In this document: positions 10,448 through 19,199 of the stretch, piece after piece
Layout of the letters: each line of letters opens with the position of its first letter
Numbering within the stretch: position 1 is the first letter of the stretch
Notes under the pieces: model-generated
What the model saw: the letters and a program-made list of their open reading frames with translations, nothing else
Told to the model about the DNA's origin: nothing
The model's database searches: none
Assembly: GCA_963837955.1 (NCBI GenBank)
Contig: CAWIPH010000002.1
Coordinates: forward strand, 2,240,001-2,304,000
Direction of reading: 5' to 3'
DNA from: an uncultured Verrucomicrobiae bacterium
Lineage (GTDB): Bacteria > Verrucomicrobiota > Verrucomicrobiia > Chthoniobacterales > JAFAMB01
DNA: 64,000 bases
Translations under genes and position numbers: made by a program

Positions 10448-11524
10448 GTGCAAGATTTTACGGCAGGCGGCATTAACGCCCTGCGCACTTCATTCGCTTC
10501 GTCGGGCAACGAGGAATTTGACCGGCGAATTCGCGAGCTGGTGAATGATTGGGGTGTTCGGGAAAACCAGGACCTTATTGCGGAGATGATCGTCACGGCG
10601 CTCCGAATGGGTAGTGATGCTGTACCGGTCGCGGATCTCAAGCTGATCAACCGGTCGCTCAAAGAACTGAGACAGGCGGCCAAGGTTTTTGCTCCCTACC
10701 AGGGCGTTCGGAAGGTCGCCGTATTCGGTTCGGCTCGTACCGGAATTGAGGCAACCGAATTTGCAGCGGCAGAGACGTTCGCAGCACGAATGCGTGATCT
10801 CGGTTACATGATCATCACGGGAGGCGGGGATGGGATCATGGGCGCGGCTCAACGAGGGGCGGGCCGAGAGCATAGTTTTGGGCTCAACATTCGACTGCCG
10901 TTCGAGCAGCGAGCGAACGAGATCATCCATGGGGATCCCAAGTTGGTCACGTTCAACTACTTCTTTACGCGCAAACTCAATTTTCTAAAAGAGACGCACG
11001 CGGTCGCCCTTTTTCCAGGTGGTTTCGGCACAATGGACGAAGGATTTGAGTGCCTCACGCTCATGCAGACTGGCAAGGCGAGGATCATTCCAATAGTATT
11101 GGTGGATAAACCGGGCGGCGCTTACTGGAAAACCTGGGCGGATTTCTTACACGCGCATCTACTGGGGGAAGGTTTGATATCTCCGGACGATTTTCATCTA
11201 TTCCGAGTGACCGACAATCTGGATGACGCCATTGCCGAAATTCTGCAGTTTTATAAAAACTTTCATTCGTACCGTTGGGTTGGCTCCCAAATGGTGATTC
11301 GCCTGGAGCGGTCAATCAGCGATGCAGCGATCGAAAAGTTGAATCAGGAGTTTGCCGATCTTTTCGAACGACATCTGCTACACGCGGGTAAACCGCTTCC
11401 GCAAGAGCGCGATGAACCCGAGCTCAGCCGGCTTCCCAGGTTGATCTGTGGACCGCACCGAAGAAATTTCGGCAGGATGCGCCAGCTGATCGACGCGATC
11501 AACTTAGCAGAAGTGGCGCGGTAG
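10448..11524 (+). CDS. LOG-family (TIGR00730-like) nucleotide phosphoribohydrolase, long form
   Basis: VFGSAR, TGGGDGIMGAA, YFFTRK, PGGFGTMDE; start could be 10385. Confidence 0.88.
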   Translation: MQDFTAGGINALRTSFASSGNEEFDRRIRELVNDWGVRENQDLIAEMIVTALRMGSDAVPVADLKLINRSLKELRQAAKVFAPYQGVRKVAVFGSARTGIEATEFAAAETFAARMRDLGYMIITGGGDGIMGAAQRGAGREHSFGLNIRLPFEQRANEIIHGDPKLVTFNYFFTRKLNFLKETHAVALFPGGFGTMDEGFECLTLMQTGKARIIPIVLVDKPGGAYWKTWADFLHAHLLGEGLISPDDFHLFRVTDNLDDAIAEILQFYKNFHSYRWVGSQMVIRLERSISDAAIEKLNQEFADLFERHLLHAGKPLPQERDEPELSRLPRLICGPHRRNFGRMRQLIDAINLAEVAR

Positions 11525-11843
11525 GAGCGCACGGCAACGCCGGGAACGCACGGGAACGCCGACAGCGCCGGGAACGCCGAGAACGCCGGGAACGGCGACG
11601 ACATCGAGAACGCAGAGAATTGTTCGGAAGTCGCCTGCGATCAATTACATCGTGTCGCCGTCTTTGGAATGATCTCCATGCCCACGTTGCTGACCGGAGG
11701 ATACGAACGATTTCGAGAGACGCGTCGCTGAAACGTTTTCGTAGAGTTCCCGGCGCTGTCGGCGTTCCCGCGCGTTCCCGGCGTTCCCGTGCGTTCCCGG
11801 CGTTCCCGTGCGTTCCCGGCGTTCCCGTGCGTTCCCGGCGCTT
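11521..11843. repeat. Element with inverted arms of tandem GGGAACGC(C/AC/GC) units around a ~130 bp core
   Basis: Arms at ~11521-11612 and ~11746-11843; core homologous to ~33570-33705. Confidence 0.85.
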
Positions 11844-11844
11844 C

Positions 11845-12111
11845 TTACCGTTGCCCGGTTTGCTCGATGATGTAATCGTGAATGCTATTCACGGACGCGA
11901 GCGCAACCCGGGCTACGTCTGAACTGGGTACTCCGACTCCAAAAGTCTTTTCCATGCTGACCACGAGCTGCAGGGCATCGATCGAATCAAGTCCCAAACC
12001 ATCCGGACCAAAAAGCGGCAGATCATTGCTGATATCTTCTTTGGGAGTACGGAGCATCAAGTTGGTGATCAGCATATCTTTGATCTGCTCCTTCAAATCT
12101 TCTGGCGACAT
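11845..12111 (-). CDS. Acyl carrier protein
   Basis: LFGPDGLGLDSIDALQL phosphopantetheine motif; 88 aa, acidic. Confidence 0.92.
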   Translation of the reverse strand: MSPEDLKEQIKDMLITNLMLRTPKEDISNDLPLFGPDGLGLDSIDALQLVVSMEKTFGVGVPSSDVARVALASVNSIHDYIIEQTGQR

Positions 12112-12210
12112 AAAAAACGTAAAACCCCGGACGGGACCGAATAGATTTGGCGGATTAAATCTTTAATCAAGCGTAAAGTTGCTGCGTAAACTGGGGCCGG
12201 CACTGAAAAA

Positions 12211-12948
12211 ATGTCACCGAGCAAGCGCGTCCGATTAGACAAATTGTTGGTCGACCATGGGTATTTCGACTCCCGTCAACGGGCGCAGCGAGCCATCATG
12301 GCCGGCGAAATATTGGTGGAGGAACGCGTTTCTGATAAGCCTGGGTCTCTTGTTCTGCCGGGCGCGGCGATCCGAGTGACCGCTTTGGAGCGATACGTCG
12401 GCCGTGGCGGGTATAAGTTGGAGGCGGCCTTGGATAAATTTGGTATTGATCCGGCCGGAAAGCGTTGCCTCGATATCGGGGCCTCTACCGGCGGCTTTAC
12501 CGATTGCCTGCTCCAACGCGGCGCTAACGAGGTGGTAACCGTGGATGTCGGACACAACCAGCTGGCTTGGAAAATTCGATCTGATTCACGCGTGAAAGTT
12601 TTCGAAGGGGTCAACGCACGTTTCCTTTCACCGGAGCGCTTTGGTGCGAACTTTTGCTTGGCTGTCGCTGATGTTTCATTTATTTCGCTCACTCTAGTGT
12701 TAGCACCCATGTTTGCATGTTTGGAGAAAACCGGTGAAATCGTGATACTGATCAAGCCGCAATTTGAGCTGGATGCAAAACGGGTCGACAAAGGTGGGAT
12801 CGTGCGTGATGAGGCAAACCGCTCAGCAGCAGTGGAAAAAATCAGGAACTTTGTGACCGGCGCACTTGGTCGGCAGTGGCTTGGCCTGATCGAGTCGCCG
12901 ATTCTCGGAACCAAGGGCAACCAAGAGTTTTTGGCATGGCTTCGCTAA
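12211..12948 (+). CDS. tlyA: TlyA-family rRNA methyltransferase
   Basis: S4 domain, YVGRGGYKL, DIGASTGGFTD, DVSFISL, IKPQFE, GNQEFL. Confidence 0.95.
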   Translation: MSPSKRVRLDKLLVDHGYFDSRQRAQRAIMAGEILVEERVSDKPGSLVLPGAAIRVTALERYVGRGGYKLEAALDKFGIDPAGKRCLDIGASTGGFTDCLLQRGANEVVTVDVGHNQLAWKIRSDSRVKVFEGVNARFLSPERFGANFCLAVADVSFISLTLVLAPMFACLEKTGEIVILIKPQFELDAKRVDKGGIVRDEANRSAAVEKIRNFVTGALGRQWLGLIESPILGTKGNQEFLAWLR

Positions 12949-13799
12949 CGGTAGGTATTTATGCCCACTGGCGAAAGCCAGGCGCGGCGGAATCGCTAAG
13001 GGAGCTCTACCAAGCGCTCTCGCGCGAGGGAATTAATGTGTTGCTCGAAGCGAGGGCGGCGGAATTCGTAGGCCAGAAAGGGCAACCACTCGAGCAGATT
13101 CGCCATCAGGTCGACCTTTTCATAACGCTAGGTGGTGACGGAACTTTGCTTCGTTTAGTCCGAGACCTTCAGGGAGAATTGAAACCGATCGTTGGGATCA
13201 ATTTCGGTTCACTTGGATTCCTTACTGGATTTGGTGGTCCCGGTTTTTCCGAAGCAGTCAGCGCGTTAGCCAGCGGGGCCTATCGAGTCGAGGAGCGTAC
13301 CCTCTTGCAGACGGCGATCGAAACGGGCCATGCCAGCGTTCTTACTTCGCTGGGCCTAAATGATGTCGTGGTCAGGGGGGGTGAGCGATCGCGATTGGTG
13401 CAAATCGCTGTGACCATCGATGAAACTTTTTTGACGGAATATAATGCTGACGGATTGATAGTGGCGACAGCTACCGGTTCGACCGCCTACTCCCTGTCAG
13501 CCGGAGGCCCGATTGTTGCCCCGAATTCCGGCGTTTTTGTAGTCACGCCGATTTGTCCCCATGTCTTAACCAATCGCTCAGTGGTTGTGGCCAACAGTTC
13601 CGTGATTCATTTGGAACCGAGCCGCGGAGATCAACCCTTATTTCTCAGCGTGGATGGACAGGAATCTACACTATTCCATCCCGGTGATTGTGTCACTGTT
13701 CGGAAGGCGAGCGTCACCTTGCCATTGGTTTTCCCGAAGGACCTTAGCTTCGCGGATGTTCTGCGAACGAAGCTGCGTTGGAGCGGGAGCGCGATATGA
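12936..13799 (+). CDS. nadK: NAD(+) kinase
   Basis: GGDGT, LGFL, LND, DGLIVATATGSTAYSLSAGGPI. Confidence 0.95.
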   Translation: MASLTVGIYAHWRKPGAAESLRELYQALSREGINVLLEARAAEFVGQKGQPLEQIRHQVDLFITLGGDGTLLRLVRDLQGELKPIVGINFGSLGFLTGFGGPGFSEAVSALASGAYRVEERTLLQTAIETGHASVLTSLGLNDVVVRGGERSRLVQIAVTIDETFLTEYNADGLIVATATGSTAYSLSAGGPIVAPNSGVFVVTPICPHVLTNRSVVVANSSVIHLEPSRGDQPLFLSVDGQESTLFHPGDCVTVRKASVTLPLVFPKDLSFADVLRTKLRWSGSAI

Positions 13800-14263
13800 T
13801 TCGGATCAGCGAAATCCTTCTTCCGGAACACATCCTCCTTGATTTGGCTACGCCAACTCGAGAAGAAGCCGTTCGGATGGTAGCCGAATCGCTTCGGGGC
13901 GACAGTCGAATCGCAGATTGGCCCCTTTTCCTCAAAACACTTTCCGAGTCCGAACGAAGCGCACAGACCAATTGCACCCTCGGTCTGACCATTCCGCATA
14001 ACCGAACCGATGCGGTCACCAGCATGGTGATGGCATTGGGCAGGTTGAAGACGCCGGTAAAGGCGGCGTCCGTGGAAATCCGCTATATTGTGATCATCGG
14101 GATTCCCGAGACGATGGATGCGGAATATCTCCGATTGGTAGGCGTCTTGATGCGAGTCTTTCGCGATGATCGGTTCCGGGCTACCCTCGATTCCGCAACT
14201 AAACCTCAAGCTGTTCTCAAAGTTTTTGAAGAAGCAGAGACCAAGTTGGTTCGGGAGGAATAG
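13796..14263 (+). CDS. PTS IIA-domain protein
   Basis: ISEILLPEHI...GLTIPHNR with phospho-His; ATGA overlap with nadK. Confidence 0.82.
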   Translation: MIRISEILLPEHILLDLATPTREEAVRMVAESLRGDSRIADWPLFLKTLSESERSAQTNCTLGLTIPHNRTDAVTSMVMALGRLKTPVKAASVEIRYIVIIGIPETMDAEYLRLVGVLMRVFRDDRFRATLDSATKPQAVLKVFEEAETKLVREE

Positions 14264-14328
14264 TCGATAGTCAAGAACACTGACGGTTCGGAATGGTACC
14301 GGCGACCAGCCTCCCCGAATCGGCTATC

Positions 14329-14485
14329 GCAGCGGCGACGCGTCCGACGAAGCATATGGTGATAGTTCGAATTGCCAACGAAGAGAATCGCGAAGTCGGA
14401 AGCCGCGATTCAAGATAGCCTAGCCTGCAGGGCTAGGAATAGACATATAGAGATGGGCCAGCGCTGAAAGCGCGGCTCAGTTTAG
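14329..14485. repeat. REP cluster (CAGCGGCG..AGCCGCG / CCTAGCCTGCAGGGCTAGG / GCGCTGAAAGCGC)
   Basis: Homologous to 15241-15282 + 16647-16864 and 26227-26670. Confidence 0.85.
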
Positions 14486-14517
14486 TACAGAAATTTGAAG
14501 TACGTTTTGAGCATACC

Positions 14518-15027
14518 ATGCAAGAGCCGGAACGTTTTTCCGAATTGAAGATCCGATTGGCCATTTCGGACGATTGGCCGATGATCTGGAAGATTTTTCG
14601 ATCCGTTGTACAGCGAGGTGATACCTATGCATTCTCGCCGGACCTGGATGAGCAGAGTGGCTTAAAGAGCTGGTACAGCGCCGGTGCCAAAGTCTTCGTT
14701 GCAGAAGCTAACGGCACAGTTGTGGGCACCTTTTTCATCAAACCAAATCAGCCTGGTCTTGGATCGCACGTGGCGAATGCCGGATTCATGGTAGACCCCG
14801 AGGCGCATCGAGGTGGGATTGGTAGGACAATGGCTGAATACGCCCTGGTTTGGGCGAAAGAGCAGGGGTACCAAGCAATGCAATTCAACTTTGTTGTCTC
14901 GACGAACTTGGGAGCGGTGGCCCTCTGGAAAAAGCTTGGGTTCATCACAATCGGAACGGTTCCCAAAGGATTTCGTCACGCTCAACAGGGTTATGTCGAC
15001 GTGTACATCATGCATCGGGAGTTGTGA
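14518..15027 (+). CDS. GNAT-family N-acetyltransferase
   Basis: GDTYAF, PNQPGLGSHVANAGFMV, GGIGR, MQFNFVVSTN.GAV.LW. Confidence 0.9.
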   Translation: MQEPERFSELKIRLAISDDWPMIWKIFRSVVQRGDTYAFSPDLDEQSGLKSWYSAGAKVFVAEANGTVVGTFFIKPNQPGLGSHVANAGFMVDPEAHRGGIGRTMAEYALVWAKEQGYQAMQFNFVVSTNLGAVALWKKLGFITIGTVPKGFRHAQQGYVDVYIMHREL

Positions 15028-15282
15028 GGGGTTGGGGAGGATGTGACTGGCAGCTTAGCCGCAATAATCGTCCTCGTGCTCGTCGTCGTCCTCGAACGAG
15101 CCGGAAGAAGACCCAACGCAATCGAGGGCTACCTAGATGTATTTCCAACGCGGTATTTATTTCCGGGGTAAAGACAAGAACGGGCCCTTCCCAGAGCAGC
15201 CTGTCGGACTTCGTTTGATCAAATTTGATGGGTAGGTTTTCAGCGGCGAAGCCGCGGTTCAAGATAGCCTAGGGCGAAGCCC

Positions 15283-16646
15283 CATAAGCGTTAACTTGTT
15301 TTGACTACTGTGTCGTAGAACTTTTGTTCTTGTGCTTTTCGCATTCGAGGGGGCTCGGCCAACTGATCAGCAATGTCGGCCCAATTCTCAATGAGATGGC
15401 GCAGCGAAAGGGCTGGCTGGAGGGCGTGGGCGAGCTGATGAAAGGCGAACAAAAACTCTCGCCATCGACTAGCACCTGGCCTGGATTTGGAAGCTGTAGC
15501 CCCAGGGGGAAAGCGCGCTGGCATGCTGGATAAGCTTCTCGGTTAGTAGAGCGACGAATAATTTGCCATAAAGCCAAGCTTTGGCGCTCTCCTGGTCATA
15601 CTTTGGAAGATGGCCCAGTTGAGCGATTTGCTTGAAGCGCTTAAAGACCAGTTCGATTTGCCAGCGGAAGCGGTAGGACTCAAGAATCAATTCTGCAGGG
15701 AATGTTTCTGGGGGGAAGGTCGTTAGAACCATCACAAAATTGGCATAGAGCAGCGTTTGGGGTTGCAAGGCTGCACCTTGTTTACTGGCTCTGCGCCGGA
15801 GCTTTTTCTGAGCCCTGGCCGCAGCGGCTTGGCTTTTTCGAATCACACAAAGCCGGGCGGCTAGGGCAGGATGAGCCTCCAAAGGCAGCCAGACTTTCCA
15901 TTGAGTAATTTGGCCTGTTTTGGTGATTGACTCTAGCCGCTGTGCTAGTTCCAGAGCGGCGCCGGTCTCTGTTTGCAACCGAATACCGTCGGGATTAAGG
16001 CGCGCCGTGACGTAGGCCTTCTTACTGGCTGCAAAGTGTATTCCAGGGGCTTGGCAATAACCCCGATCAGCCAAAATGTAGTCCTGTGGGCGAAGTGGAA
16101 AGTGGCGCAGCGATTCGCCGTTTCCCTCTCCCTCTACCGCGGTAATCTTAAAATAGTCGCACTTCAGTGTCGGCCACCGCAGGCTGTAATGGATGCGCCA
16201 CAGACTACCGGTCTTGCCGGGTTCCTTTACCAGCGTCGAATCGATCAAGCGCAGCCCCTGCTTGCTGGGAGCGCCGGCTTGAAGCCCTCGCTCCTCAAAC
16301 AAAGCCTGGCAAAGCTGTTGCAGCCAATCCTTGCTCTTACGCAGCCGCTTAAAGAGCGCTACGGCTGAAAGTTGGGCTAGTTTGGCTTGCTTGGCTCGAA
16401 CCACGGTCTCGCGCATCGAAAAACCGCATCCTATATGCAACAGCAGCACCCGAAGCAGATGCTCCTCCGATTTATCCTGCCGCAGACCCTTCAGCGCACC
16501 GCTCTGCTGAGCCATGTCCTTCCAGTTGGAGGGGAAAAACGAGACCAGCAAATCCCAATCCTCATCTACCGCATTGCCACTCTGCATGCCCCGAAAGAAT
16601 ACCAGAGTGCATCCGCTAAGCGCAACAAAACAAGTTAACGCTTATG
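15283..16646 (-). mobile_element. IS4-family insertion sequence (IS186/IS421-like ends), 1364 bp
   Basis: Perfect 21 bp TIR CATAAGCGTTAACTTGTTTTG (15283-15303, 16626-16646); 11 bp direct repeat GGGCGAAGCCC (15272-15282, 16647-16657). Confidence 0.95.
15469..16587 (-). CDS. IS4-family DDE transposase
   Basis: LIDST, ADRGY, YRFRWQIELVFK (YREK signature). Confidence 0.93.
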   Translation of the reverse strand: MQSGNAVDEDWDLLVSFFPSNWKDMAQQSGALKGLRQDKSEEHLLRVLLLHIGCGFSMRETVVRAKQAKLAQLSAVALFKRLRKSKDWLQQLCQALFEERGLQAGAPSKQGLRLIDSTLVKEPGKTGSLWRIHYSLRWPTLKCDYFKITAVEGEGNGESLRHFPLRPQDYILADRGYCQAPGIHFAASKKAYVTARLNPDGIRLQTETGAALELAQRLESITKTGQITQWKVWLPLEAHPALAARLCVIRKSQAAAARAQKKLRRRASKQGAALQPQTLLYANFVMVLTTFPPETFPAELILESYRFRWQIELVFKRFKQIAQLGHLPKYDQESAKAWLYGKLFVALLTEKLIQHASALSPWGYSFQIQARC

Positions 16647-16864
16647 GGGCGAAGCCCTAGGAACAAGAATAAAAAGCGGTTCCAGCGCTGAAGGCGCGTG
16701 GCAAGCACCGAATCCGCGAGCGTCAAACGTTGTATGACCATCGTCAAAATGCCCGCATCGCTTCGATTTAAACCGAGCCGCGCTTTCAGCGCTGGCCCAT
16801 CTCTCTATATGCCTATTCCTAGCCCTGCAGGCTAGGCTATCCTGAATCGCGGCTTCGCCGCTGC
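16647..16864. repeat. Right remainder of the REP cluster interrupted by the IS
   Basis: Continues CCTAGGAACAAGAATAAAAAGCGGTTCCAGCG as in the uninterrupted copy at ~26320-26360. Confidence 0.85.
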
Positions 16865-16882
16865 GAGCCGATCGTTCGCCAC

Positions 16883-18910
16883 CTATTTCGAATTCGACGT
16901 TCCCGTAGTCTGTTCGTCCAATCCGACCGATCGATTGGGAAACCCGGCTGCATCGAAATACTTTGTTTTACCAACCAGCTGGTAATTGAGTCTGGTAACT
17001 TGGCCGTTGCCGGCAGGCTCCGATTTCATTGATTTGGCCTCGAAAGCGACGTTTTCGGGCCCGCCATTCAATGCTTCGCTGAGGATCCGGCCCTCCAGAC
17101 TGCCATGAACCGGAAGCTCTAATTTCAGAATATGCGCGAATGTCTTGGCCACATCCGCGTTGCTCGCTGGGGCGGGATCGATAAAACGTTGTTTAAAGTC
17201 CGGACCGAAAGCGATCATGTTATTGAGCGTATCGGCTCGATTGAAGCTGCCATGCATCCCTTGCCCTTCCTGGAGAGACGTGTCGCAAAGGGTAACCGCG
17301 TTCATCACAGGATTTGTGGAATCGGTTACAAAGCTGCGGAAATTGATAATCAAAGCGGGAGTCGGCAGCACCGCAATCCCTTTCAGGTTAATGTCACTGA
17401 GAGTTAGGGCGCCTTTGATCGGGCCATAATCCGGGTCGGTAAATAAGCCACTCACGTAATCCTGCGTCGCGAGAAACTCGACAATCTTCTCCAGAAGTTG
17501 CGGATCTTTGGTCGGTAAATAGACCAGATCTGAACCGCCGTTGGCTGCAACAACCACTTTTGCGTCGGCCGGACTCAAGACACCGGTTCCGCCAATCAAA
17601 CCGTTACCGAACGCCGAGCGTTGCTCAGATGCGTCGCCGTTCGGGGTTTCCGGATTGACCGGCTTATATCCCTTTTTTCCGTCGATGGTGACGACCTTGT
17701 CCGGATCGAATAACTGGAGATTCAGAAAATGGGCGAGATCAATGGCTACGAAGCCAGGCGGCAAAAATCCAGCTGGTACCTCTTGGCGGCCGGCAGGGTC
17801 CTTGTAGGTTTGGGATGCGGCATAACTTTTGACCAGCTCTTTTCCGGTGGCGTCGAGCTCGTGCTTGCTAATGGTCGAGAATCCGTGATCGGAAGTAACG
17901 AACAGATCAGTCTCATCCGCTAATCCCGGTACATTATTAATGAAGTCGAGAATTTGTTTGAGGTTCGAGTCCGCATTCTTGATTGCTGCGAGGGAAGTCG
18001 ACCCGTTTATGCCGGGTCGCAGTTGGTTGAGACTGTCACCCTGGTTGTGCTGCGTCCCGTCCGGATCTCGACTCCAAAAAACCACGACAAACGATTTCCC
18101 CGATTTGAGGAATCCGGGAAGAATTGCTTTGGTGAGGGCGTCGGCGAAGAATTGTTGCTGCTTCAGATTGGGCGACAGCGCTCCCGGATTATCGCTGTTG
18201 CCCGGACTACCGTTATCTTCCTGGGTTTTCGGATGACCGTTCGAGCGATCCGGAGCGACTAGATCAAGCCCAGCCTCCTTGAGCGCCGCCGCGACCTTAG
18301 GATCGAGCGGAATGCCACCCTCTTTACCGGTGGAATCGTCGATAATGACCGTCTCAGGGATGGGAACCACTCCATCCCTTGGGCAGCCCTGGCCAATATC
18401 TTGAATGAGCGTTGGACCGAGTTTCCCGACTGCGGCGGTCGCGAAGCCGTTCTTATGCGCGATCCTCAACAACGTTTCTTCGTTCAGAAAATTACAGCTG
18501 AAGTGTTCGTCAATGCAGCCGAGCACCGCATCGTTTTCGATAAATGGTGTCTCGGTATTGGGGACTTGAATTCCGGAACGTTGCGGAATGGCAAAGCCAG
18601 AATAGAGGGCATTGCTGAAGTCACCGGTGTCACCCATGTAATGACCAGTCGCGATAGCGGCGGCGTTTGGCGTCGTAAACGTCGGAAACAGCGCGTGGCT
18701 ATTGGGGAAATCGACTCCGAGTTGCCGGAGAGCATATAAAGTCGGGGCGTCGGTCTGATTCACCGACCCATAGCGAAGGCCATCTGCGACAAAAATGATG
18801 ACATTGCGGCAAAACGCCGGGACAGAACACGAAAGTAGCGCAACGGCGATCAATGCGAAGCTTCGGTTCCGCAATAGATGCGGTCCATCAGGATGTGAAA
18901 AGAGGTTCAT
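16883..18910 (-). CDS. Secreted alkaline-phosphatase-superfamily (nucleotide pyrophosphatase/phosphodiesterase) protein
   Basis: IIFVADGLR, PTFTTPN, DPDGTQH, TSDHG, GMHGS; signal peptide. Confidence 0.85.
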   Translation of the reverse strand: MNLFSHPDGPHLLRNRSFALIAVALLSCSVPAFCRNVIIFVADGLRYGSVNQTDAPTLYALRQLGVDFPNSHALFPTFTTPNAAAIATGHYMGDTGDFSNALYSGFAIPQRSGIQVPNTETPFIENDAVLGCIDEHFSCNFLNEETLLRIAHKNGFATAAVGKLGPTLIQDIGQGCPRDGVVPIPETVIIDDSTGKEGGIPLDPKVAAALKEAGLDLVAPDRSNGHPKTQEDNGSPGNSDNPGALSPNLKQQQFFADALTKAILPGFLKSGKSFVVVFWSRDPDGTQHNQGDSLNQLRPGINGSTSLAAIKNADSNLKQILDFINNVPGLADETDLFVTSDHGFSTISKHELDATGKELVKSYAASQTYKDPAGRQEVPAGFLPPGFVAIDLAHFLNLQLFDPDKVVTIDGKKGYKPVNPETPNGDASEQRSAFGNGLIGGTGVLSPADAKVVVAANGGSDLVYLPTKDPQLLEKIVEFLATQDYVSGLFTDPDYGPIKGALTLSDINLKGIAVLPTPALIINFRSFVTDSTNPVMNAVTLCDTSLQEGQGMHGSFNRADTLNNMIAFGPDFKQRFIDPAPASNADVAKTFAHILKLELPVHGSLEGRILSEALNGGPENVAFEAKSMKSEPAGNGQVTRLNYQLVGKTKYFDAAGFPNRSVGLDEQTTGTSNSK

Positions 18911-19199
18911 CGGCGAGAGGAAGATTATCTCCGGTGGCACCATTAGCTCATCCGAAGGCTTTGAAACAATTGTTGAGTTGTGGCGATTTTGTAACATTCA
19001 GCAGAGCGCGAAACGGTCGGACAGGCCTGCCCGACGAAGCTTGTTCTCGACCCCGTCGCCGACAGGTTTGGCCGTAGTTGGAACGGACTCCATCTACGCC
19101 GCCGGCAGTTGTCCATTTCCTTTCACGCTTGTAATATTCCGGCAAGCATCTTGTTAGGTGAGCCACTCAATAGTCCGACAGTTAATGAACAATCTGTTT

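Noticed and set aside
11521..11843. GGGAACGC arrays as CRISPR
   Set aside because: Units are 9-10 nt, contiguous, with no unique spacers and no cas genes
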